Origin: an uncultured delta proteobacterium
Lineage (GTDB): Bacteria; Desulfobacterota; Binatia; UBA9968
Assembly: GCA_963755715.1 (NCBI GenBank)
Contig: CAVWLW010000038.1
Location: 53,169-117,168 of the forward strand
Length of the DNA stretch: 64,000 nucleotides
Reading direction: 5' to 3'
Of this stretch, positions 32,087-40,862 are shown in pieces; position 1 is the first letter of the stretch, and the number at the start of each line of letters is the position of its first letter. Both the position numbers and the translations under genes were made by a program. The notes beneath the pieces are model-generated. The model worked only from the letters and a program-made list of their open reading frames with translations. It was not told where the DNA came from and made no database searches.

Positions 32087-33018
32087 AGGCTGACTCTCTC
32101 CGCCAAACCAAACCGCAATATCTAAAATCCAAGATCGCCGACTACGCGCGCCTGGTGCGCTTCTCCCATACCGTGTTTGCTTTGCCGTTCGCGCTCTCTT
32201 CGATTGCCTTGGCGTGGCCGAGGCATCCGGTAACGCTGCGCGGTTTCTTGTGGATCTTAATCGCCATGGTGAGCGCGCGCAGCGCGGCGATGGGATTTAA
32301 CCGCTTGGTCGACCGCAAGTTCGACGCGCTCAACCCGCGCACGCAAGCCTGGGAGTTGCCCACGGGAAAAGTCAAAGTTTGGGAAGCGTCATTATTGACG
32401 ACCACAGCGTCGCTGTTGTTCGTCTTTGCCGCCTACCAATTGAGTTGGCTATGTTTGTTGTTAGCGCCGGTGGCGCTCGCCATTGTGTTTTTTTACTCGT
32501 TAACCAAACGATTCACTTGGGCATCGCACCTGTTTCTTGGGCTTGCTCTCGCGATCGCCCCGATCGGCGCTTGGCTCGCAGTGGCGGGTCCAGCGATCAC
32601 ACTTGCCGAGTTGGCGGTGCCGCTATTATTGGGCCTCGCAGTGCTCTTCTGGCTCGCCGGCTTCGATATCATCTATTCACTCCAAGATCGCGATTTCGAC
32701 CGTAAACAAGGCCTCCATTCGATGCCGGTGCGATTCGGCACTGCCGCTGCATTGCGGCTGTCGAGTATTTTTCATGTCGTAACGATCGGTTTTCTTGCGC
32801 TGGTCGGCGTCACGGCCGGCCTCGGCATCATCTATTGGATCGGGTTTGGCGCCGTTGCCATTGTGCTTTTCTGGGAGCATCGCATCGTCGCACCGAATGA
32901 TTTGTCCCGCATTAATCGAGCATTTTTCGATTTTAATGCATACATGAGCATCGTTTATTTCGTCGCCACTTTGGCCGATTTGGTTTTGATCTCCGGCGCT
33001 GGGACTGCTTTGCAATGA
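32083..33018 (+). CDS. mqnP: UbiA-like polyprenyltransferase (futalosine pathway)
   Basis: FSHTVFALPFA, ARSAAMGFNRLVDRKFDALNPRT, YSLTKRFT, AGFDIIY, INRAFF. Confidence 0.85.
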   Translation: MKADSLRQTKPQYLKSKIADYARLVRFSHTVFALPFALSSIALAWPRHPVTLRGFLWILIAMVSARSAAMGFNRLVDRKFDALNPRTQAWELPTGKVKVWEASLLTTTASLLFVFAAYQLSWLCLLLAPVALAIVFFYSLTKRFTWASHLFLGLALAIAPIGAWLAVAGPAITLAELAVPLLLGLAVLFWLAGFDIIYSLQDRDFDRKQGLHSMPVRFGTAAALRLSSIFHVVTIGFLALVGVTAGLGIIYWIGFGAVAIVLFWEHRIVAPNDLSRINRAFFDFNAYMSIVYFVATLADLVLISGAGTALQ

Positions 33019-33323
33019 GCTAACTGCCGGCCGCCGTCTTGTTTCTGACTCGGCGGCATCGGCGGTTTTTCCGCCATGCGGCGTGTTAATGTTACCGCCT
33101 GCTGATTTATGTATTTTCGAAGTCTTGCCGAGAGTTGCTATTGACAGCAGTTTGATTGTCGCGATGAGAAATCCATAGCGTGCCGGCGAGCGGCTAAATG
33201 ATCATAGCCCACCTGCGCTTCGCAACATCCATAGCTAGACCGTAGCTAGACCGTCAGTTTAGTCAGTCTTTGCGTCCAGCTTTCCGCGGTTGGATTGACG
33301 CTTGACTCAAGTGGATTTCGGCA

Positions 33324-33371
33324 CAACCCCCCGATCGGGGGATTGCATTTTAACAGGGGGATAAGTATGAT
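33324..33371 (+). promoter_or_regulatory. Sigma70 promoter with an abutting palindromic operator
   Basis: Palindrome CAAcCCCCCGATCGGGGGaTTG (33324-33345) overlapping TTGCAT(33343)-17 nt-TATGAT(33366). Confidence 0.55.
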
Positions 33372-33401
33372 TTTGCGATGTCCCGAAAGGTGGAAAAAAC
33401 T

Positions 33402-34041
33402 ATGAAAACAAAATGCTTCCTGGGTTTCTTGTCCGTAGTTATTTTCCTCTCAGGCTGCGCGAGCATGCAAACGGCCACCGAAGTCAATTCCGGCCGCCAG
33501 GCTTATATCACTGGCAATAACGAAGTCGCCAATGCTTATTTTGTTAGCGCCGCGCAAAGAGATCCCAACTATATTTACGGGACTGCCCTACGCCAGGGAA
33601 TTTGGAGTTACGTTGGCAGAACCGAGTATGCCGCGGGCAGGTTTCCCCAGGCGAGAGAGGCGCTTGACCGGGCGCTATCGGCTAACAACGACGAGAATAT
33701 CGCTAGACTTTACTTGGGCCTGACTTTGGCTCGAACCGGTGATCGCCAGAAAGGTCTGCAAGAAATCGAAGGCAGCATGAAAGGCATGCAGAGTTGGCTT
33801 GAGTATATCACTGAGACCTTTAGATATTCGTTTGGACGTTTCTGGGATCCTGGCTACGAGATACGCTCAGCGATCAAAGGTGATCTTGCAATGATCTCCA
33901 GTCGGGACCTTGACTGGCAAAAGCTCATTACCGATAGCGAGTGGCTAGGAAAAAGGATGGAAGAAGAGGGCGATCTTGCGCGGAAGTCAACAAGCTGAGG
34001 AAGAGTCCCGGGACAGCGGAGGTCGCGGCAATCAGCCTTGA
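33402..34041 (+). CDS. TPR lipoprotein (C-terminal frameshift probable)
   Basis: Lipobox LSGC and TPR-like helices. The ORF ends at 33998 as read; an alternative frame continues QQAEEESRDSGGRGNQP* to 34041. Confidence 0.75.
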
Positions 34042-34054
34042 TTGCCAATGCCGC

Positions 34055-34651
34055 TTATCGATAGAGCGGCGCTACGTTCTGTACGTGGTTATTCTTCTGG
34101 AAGTTTTCCTCGTCGTCCACCTGGGCGAGGAGCTGACTCAGGGACTGAAGGATTTTTTCTTTTGCCTGGGGGTCCGAGATAAGCAGAAAAGCCGAGCGGC
34201 GGATTGATGCCTGAATGGTACGGCGGATATCCCACTTTTCATAGTTGTGGTAACCCTCGACCATCACCTTGCTAGCCAAGGTAATACCGCTTTTAAGGGT
34301 CTCAATACCCTTTTCATTTTGCCCCAGCTGCAGTTGGGTCATCCCGAGACTAATCCAAGCAATCTCGTTATCAGGATTCACCGCCAAGGCTCGTTGCAAG
34401 ATCGCGAAGGCGTCTTGATACCGTTGCTTGCGGTAATAGGCGCGGCCTAAATAGGTGAGGCTGTCCTTATAGGTGGGATCAGCCGTGACGACTGCCTCGA
34501 AGGCGACAATGGCTTTGTCCATATCGCCGCCCCTGCCTCTCAAGAACTGGTCTCGTCCCTCTTCGTAACGCCCGCCTGTGCCAAACCTGGGCATACTATT
34601 GGAACAGCCGAAGATAAGAACGGCGACGAGCAAGAGCTTTTTATAATCCAC
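34055..34651 (-). CDS. TPR lipoprotein, paralogue of the convergent neighbour
   Basis: Lipobox IFGC; YLGRAYY...LQRALAVNPDNEIAWISLG. Confidence 0.8.
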   Translation of the reverse strand: MDYKKLLLVAVLIFGCSNSMPRFGTGGRYEEGRDQFLRGRGGDMDKAIVAFEAVVTADPTYKDSLTYLGRAYYRKQRYQDAFAILQRALAVNPDNEIAWISLGMTQLQLGQNEKGIETLKSGITLASKVMVEGYHNYEKWDIRRTIQASIRRSAFLLISDPQAKEKILQSLSQLLAQVDDEENFQKNNHVQNVAPLYR

Positions 34652-34904
34652 CTATGGTTCTCCAAATCAGAGTTCGACGCTGAGCTGCGCGAAGTAATCT
34701 TACGAGCCAATGACAAACTACTCACTGATTACCATCGGAGGATATTGAAGGCAAGAATGACTCCTGAATTGACTTATCGGGAGCGAGAAAAATTGGCGGG
34801 CTCTTTCTACTCCCGGTTTGCGGTCTAAGGCGAGAGCTTTTTCAACGACCTGCTTTGGCCGTATGATTATGAGAGCATCGCTGTCGGTCAAGTGCGGTCA
34901 AAAT

Positions 34905-34940
34905 AAAAAAGGGGAAGCCATCTCTGACTTCCCCCTTTTT
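34905..34940. terminator. Rho-independent terminator of the porin gene (bidirectional-looking)
   Basis: AAAAAAGGGGAAG-loop-CTTCCCCCTTTTT just downstream of the porin stop. Confidence 0.8.
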
Positions 34941-34961
34941 GGTTGAGTTTCTAAGTTTCGC

Positions 34962-36431
34962 TTAGAACGTGTAGCGCCAGGCAAGAATTACGTTCACCCA
35001 ATCCCCACCGCCGCCCGGTCTCCCGTTGGCCTTGGTGAAGATCTGGTTCTGCGCAGTAGCGCCACGGCCTGCGGTTAGATTCGAGGCGTCGTACCAGAGA
35101 ATATTGGTGCCGACGCTCATAGCAGGCGCAATGAAGTACCAAAGATCCCATTCCCGCAACAGCACCCTCTCACGGTGAAACTGACCGTTGTTTATAGTAG
35201 CGGGACAATTGTCACACTTAAAGTTGTCGCGCTCGAAGTGCGTGCCAAAAAGTATCGACCCTGGCGTGTTCGATGAACCCGTCATAAAACCCTTCGGGCT
35301 CCAGACAAAGATATCGTGCGCGATCAAGAACACGTTAGCCGACGGGTCGCCTTTGAAGGCTTGGCTACAACATGGCGTCTGGTTGCCGCCGTTGTAAGTT
35401 CATGTTACCCGCGATGGCTCGTAACCGGTATGGCCCGACGGTGTACTGAAACCCAAAATTGACGTAGTTCTGGCGGCCCGCGCCCACAAGCGTGCCCGTG
35501 TCGTAAATGGTCGTTTGCGAGTTGGCGCCATTCTCGTTTTCCCGTACCCGCGAACGTGTTACAGGAGTTCGGATGCTACGGCGCGGGCGTCAACGGCGCA
35601 ATACCACCAACCCATTTCAAATTTCAAACCGGAGAGCCATTTGTTCTTAACTTCGGACAACGGGTCGATCCCCAAAAACGCCACTAAGTCTTTCCTATCC
35701 GTAAACGTAAAAGTGTTATCCGACCCCTTGCCTGGAACGGCATAAGCAAGCTGGAACCGCGAAATTCTTCCGGGAATGCCGATGCCGTTCAGCGAACGAT
35801 CATCCCAGTTAAAGACAATGCCAAATCCCGAACTGCCGGTATTGAAACCGTTGTTGCGGCTCATAAGATCGTAGTCCGCTTGAGCCCCCGTGGCGCTCGA
35901 TCCTTGGCGGATCGTACCACCGGCGCTGGTCGAAATGTCGTTACCGAAATCAACCGTCGGCAGGAATGGATTCAAGTTCTCCGCATGGAAATGCACCACG
36001 GCCCGCTGAAACAGACTGTTGCCGCCAAAGCCGTCTATATCCCAGGTCGATTCAATTTCCCACAAGCAGTTGTCGATGCAATAAAAGAAACCCGGCCGAA
36101 AACGCCGCGCCTCTATTTCACCGTTGGTCCGCTCATACTGGTCCTGTCCCTGGTTAAAGTACATGCGCCACTGTGTTTCGATAGTCGCGCGAAAACCCCA
36201 CGACTTATCTGCCGCTTCGATGTTCAACCCGTTGCCCGGACGATAACTGAACGTCGGCAGCGCCGCGGCCGCCGCCGTGGCCTCCTTCTTCATCTCGACC
36301 TGCTGATCTTTTAACTGCGAGAGCTCCTGCTCGAGCGACTTGATCTTGTCATCGACGCTCTGAGCAAATGCCGGAGCCGCAGCAAAAAGCGCGGCGGATA
36401 GCAGTGCTAGCTTTACGAACCTCGTCTTCAT
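34962..36431 (-). CDS. Outer-membrane beta-barrel porin (OprO/OprP-like), apparent frameshifts
   Basis: Signal peptide, N-terminal coiled coil, ARRFRP motif, amphipathic beta strands, C-terminal WRYTF; joined from 35559-36431 and 34962-35333 via intervening frames. Confidence 0.78.
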
Positions 36432-36819
36432 TTTGCCTCCTTGTTCTCCTAATTCTTTTTTTGCTTCTTAATGGAAAATCCTGAAAACAATCCCCTCACG
36501 CTTCGCGCACATCAGGATTTCCGAAGGTTTTACTTTAATATTGGCCCTTCCAGCAATACGCGGGTAGTATGATTTTTCCGCCTTAGCTAGCCGATAAGGC
36601 TACATTCATACGACTTACGGCCTAGCTGGTTAGACATTTTACGCGGTTTATAGCTGGCTGCTGGGAACCTATTATGACCCGCAACAGTCTAACGAGAGTT
36701 CACGGGCTGCTCGCCGAGGTTTTTCTCCCCTGGATAATCCTTTGGATATCGACGAATTTTGTGTCAAAGGAAAACCATCTGAGGAGTGAGAAGTGGGCAT
36801 GCTGCGATTTGTCTGCTCA

Positions 36820-37269
36820 ATGAAAATCCGGCTCGCGTTGGTCACCGCGTTTTGCGTGGCAACGGGAACGGCATGCGCGCCGCGTATCGTTCGACTGAGC
36901 CCTAACGAAGGCGCGCCGGCGACGCTGGTGCATGTTTCACTCGAATACTTAGTGGGCTGGCCGCGCGTCGAGATCGGCGGCATAATGCTGGACTGGCCTC
37001 AACTCAACCTCGTCGCAGCGAAGCCGGAACGGGGCGGCGTTCCCGGCGAAGAGTTGGTGTGGATCGAAGACAAGATTTTGCAATTCAAGATTCCGGATCT
37101 GCCGCCCGGTGAATACGTCGTCACGATTCATGACGACAAAGGACCGCCCGACGATTTGATTTATTCCTTCTTGGAAACTACTGCCTATGTCATTTTCCCA
37201 CCGGTTTGGCCGTTCGTTTTTCGCTCCAATCAGACGCAGTTCACGCTGCGCGTGCTGCCGCACAATTAA
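36820..37269 (+). CDS. Small lipoprotein with an IPT/TIG-like Ig fold
   Basis: Signal ending GTAC, then PRIVRLSPNEGAPATLV...ILQFKIPDLPPGEYVVTI, which resembles the IPT/TIG consensus. Confidence 0.6.
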   Translation: MKIRLALVTAFCVATGTACAPRIVRLSPNEGAPATLVHVSLEYLVGWPRVEIGGIMLDWPQLNLVAAKPERGGVPGEELVWIEDKILQFKIPDLPPGEYVVTIHDDKGPPDDLIYSFLETTAYVIFPPVWPFVFRSNQTQFTLRVLPHN

Positions 37270-37485
37270 AATAAAAAAGTCTCTCGATCGGCGAGCCGCA
37301 ATGATGGATCGAGTCTTGCCGCCGGCGGGAAGCGCACTCCGCGCAGTCGTGGTCACTCACGCCGTCGTAGCGCGGCCTCGAGTTATGTCATGCGGGTGTC
37401 AATCCGATCGAGCATCGCGGCGAAATTACCCAAGGGTCTTTGGTTGAACGTTTTCGTCGACTGATATTTTTCCCGCCCGTAAAAC

Positions 37486-37515
37486 TTGACTCCACCTCGG
37501 GTCGACCTGTATTAT
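37486..37515 (+). promoter_or_regulatory. Putative sigma70 promoter of bamD
   Basis: TTGACT-18 nt-TATTAT, followed by a GAGG RBS. Confidence 0.5.
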
Positions 37516-37546
37516 TGTGCGAAGATTTCAATAAGAGGTGTAATGC

Positions 37547-39425
37547 ATGCATATAAAATCCATGATTGCGCTTCTTCTATTCGTCGCATGGGTTTCCGGG
37601 TGTTCGTCTATCTCCATGCCGTGGAGCGGTGCCAAAGCTGATCCGAGCGCCGAGGCGCTGTTCGACGAAGGCATGCGCAACTTTAATGACAAACGTTACG
37701 TGCGCGCGATCGATAATTTCTCCAAGCTCAGGACCGATTTTCCGTTTCACCCGCAGATGATGCAGGTGGAGTTGAAAATCGCCGACGCCTACTATCTAAA
37801 TCAGCAGTATCCGGAAGCGATCACCGCCTTCAAAGAATATCAGTCGATGCATCCTACCAACGAGCAAATTCCCTTTGTCACTTTGCGCTTGGGGCAGTCC
37901 TATTTTGATCAATTTAGCGCCGCCGATCGGGATCAAAAAAATACCGAAATTGCCAAAGGATATTTCGAAAATGTCATTACGGCTTATCCCAAATCGCCCG
38001 AAGCGGCTGAAGCCCGTGAGAAACTTGCGAAGTGTCTCGAGTACCTCGCCGAACATGAATTCAACATAGCCGAGTTCTACTTCAAACAAGAGAAATACCC
38101 TGCCGCGCGCGACCGTTTCGAAGAAATCGTGCGCAAGTACAAAGACACGCCGACGGCGGTAAAAAGTCTATTTTATCTTGGCGAAAGTTATCGCAACGAG
38201 AAAAACGCGATTCGGGCCACTCTGGCTTACGAAGCTTTGATCCAACATTATCCGAAAACCCAATTCGCCGACCGACGCTAAAGTTCAATTGGCTCTGGTG
38301 GAGAAAGAAAAACATGACCCTTTGGCCCTCTTGCTCATGCGCGATCGTCGGCCCTCTGCCGCGCCCGCCACCTGAGGTCAAGGAAGATCCGGCGCTGGCG
38401 AAGCTGAAAGATTTAAATCTTGTCGCGAAGACGGAGGTGGTTCACGAGGAGCCCGGTGCCGAAAAGGGGTTTTTCAGCCGGGTGGCGACCAAGTTAAATC
38501 CTTTTTCCTCGGATAGCAGCCAAAAAACCGAGGAAAAGGAGCCGACTGCCGTTGAGATGCTCGCCAAGCGTAGCCAAGCGCAAAAGAAAGAAGAGTCCAG
38601 CGGCGTTCTGGCGTCGCTGTGGCCGTTTGGCTCCAATAGCTCGAACGGAGCTGTGGCGAAAAGCGATCCGAAAACAACGGACGCCTTTGTCAGCCAGATC
38701 GATAGTTCGCTCAAACAGAAGGGCATTGACTCAGCGAGTCCGTCTACTGTGAAGCCGCCACCGGTAGCACTGCCCAACACCGATGATATGTCGGCGAAGC
38801 CGGCCAAAACGGCTGATGTCGCGACACTGTTGAGTTCCGTCGACGCCAATTTAAAGAGCGGCGGAAAAGATGGAACGGCCTTGCCGCCGGCGCCGGAGAT
38901 GGCAGAGGGCTTCAAAGATGCCGCGGTTATACAAGCGGCAAAGGCAAAAGCGGAGCCGCAACCACCCCCGCAGGACGTCCAAACCAGCGGGATTTTGAGC
39001 AGCATCGACCAGAAGCTCAAGGCTCAAGGGGTTGAGCCTGGAAAATTACAGGCAGCGCCCACGCCGGAAGAAACCAGGAAGGCCGTTGCCCAGAAACCGA
39101 CTAACATCGAGCTCGAACCCAAGTTGAGTCTCGAAAAAGGCCCTCTGTTCTTGAGTCCGGCGGACATGCAAGCGCAGGAAAAACCCACATCGAAACCGGA
39201 AACAATTAAACCTGATGCGTTAAACCTGATGCGGTGGATACACAGGACATTCCGTCAAGAATCCTCGTCAAGGGGCCTGTGCAACCAAAAGCATCTACGG
39301 TCTCGACCAAACCGGCCGAAACAAAAGCCATCTCGGCCGCGGATGATGCACCTAAAGGTGTTTTCGATCAAATACGCCAGGACATGGAAAATGTCAGCAA
39401 AGCGCTCAGCCCATTTAGTTGGTAG
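37547..39425 (+). CDS. bamD: Outer-membrane assembly factor BamD with a long C-terminal extension (apparent frameshifts)
   Basis: Lipobox VSGC, FPFHP, MHPTNE, DRDQKNT, LAEHEFNIAEFY; continues through 38314-39453 and 39234-39425. Confidence 0.8.
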
Positions 39426-39524
39426 AAGTCTGAATCTAAAGCATGAGGCATGAGGGCTGAGTAAAAAAGGATCCAGATATTCCCGCTCCGACCAAGCCGC
39501 GCTTTCTTCGAGCGCAGTCAGAAT

Positions 39525-40717
39525 TTAATCCCGACTGGGCTCGACCGGAGGTTGAGGATTGCCGACGCGGACTCGAATACCAGATTTCAATAAACTCAAC
39601 TGATCGACGATCAGCCAATCACCGTTTTTGAGACCTCGGACGATTTCTACGCGCCCGCGCTCGCTTTCACCGAGCGTAACTTCCTGACGCACTGCCCGGT
39701 TCCCCGACCAGCTTATAAACATAATTCTTGCCGCCGTCAGAGATGATCAACAGGGCGCGGCAACCAAATGGTTTCGACCTCCGTATCAAGTGTAATCGCC
39801 GCCTCCGCTGACGTTCCCGGCTGTACCCGCTCGCGCACAGAGGCAATGCCGATCTCGACTGCAGCGATCCGGTCACCGTCTGTCGCAGGGCGTTCGACGC
39901 GAATCACTTTTCCATCAAGTATTTTCTCCGGCGCCGTCGACTCGATAACTTTGGCGCTCATGCCGGCGTGAACGGCGCCAGCAAATTCCGCGGGAATAGT
40001 GGCCTTCATCCGAAGCGCGGCCAAATTGGCGATCGTCACAATCACGCTCGATGCCGCGATCGTCGCGCCAGGATTCACGTGACGCTTAAGCACAACGCCG
40101 CCGACCGGGGTCGTCACCTGGGTGAATCCCTGGAGCGCTCGCGTTTGGGTCAACAGCGCTTCTTGTTGCGCCACCTGCGCCCGCGCTAGCTCGGTTTGCG
40201 CGCGCGCCGTTTCCATTGTCGCCGTTTCCTGCTCAACATCGCGCCGGGCGATTAAATCTTGTCGGTATAGTTCTTCGATGCGCGCTAGTTGTTTCTCGGC
40301 GCCATCGAGTTGCTCTTGGTTTGCTTTCAATGACTTTCGCGCAGCGCTCAGGGCCGCTTCAAGCTCGGTGAGGCGTTGCGTCAGCGTACTGACTCGACGA
40401 TGGCAACGACGGCATTGGCCGGCACGGCATCGCCGACATTAAATCGCACTTCGGTGACTTTACCTGCTAGACGGGACGTAACATCAAGCTCATTGACGGG
40501 TAAAAGCTCGCCCTTTGCGCGTACGGTCAGCAGGCCCGACATGCTGCCGCACGCGCGTGACTCGAACGATGATTTCCCGTTCGCCGCCAAGCCAGTTGGG
40601 CAAGAATCGGAGCTCTGAAGTGAACCAGGCGACACCAACGATCAAGGCGACGATCGCGCTCAAACCGACCCAAACCCAAAGGCTGATGGGAGTGAAATTA
40701 TGACGCGGTGGAGACAC
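39525..40717 (-). CDS. RND efflux periplasmic adaptor (MFP), apparent frameshifts
   Basis: N-terminal TM, lipoyl halves VTSRLAGKVTEV and TPVGGVV, helical hairpin, C-terminal VEIVRGLKNGD. Confidence 0.8.
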
Positions 40718-40782
40718 CCTTCGGCACCTAGAAAACCACCGTTAAATCTTTGTTGCTGACGAAGAAAAAATTTCGCCGACCG

Positions 40783-40820
40783 AAAAAAAAGGGCTACCGG
40801 CCGTGTCGACTGGGTAGCCC
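40783..40820 (-). terminator. Rho-independent terminator after the RND permease
   Basis: Minus strand GGGCTACC-loop-GGTAGCCC followed by T8. Confidence 0.8.
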
Positions 40821-40862
40821 GAAGTCAATGTGAACCAATTCAAAATCGGTTCACGCCATGAG

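Noticed and set aside
33990-34000. TGA at the end of the TPR lipoprotein as another selenocysteine
   Set aside because: There is no redox motif context, and a one-base frameshift just upstream explains the truncated tail.
39218-39234. Programmed frameshift or phase variation at the duplicated AAACCTGATGCG in the bamD extension
   Set aside because: It cannot be told apart from the many probable assembly indels, and I saw no slippery heptamer with a stimulatory structure.
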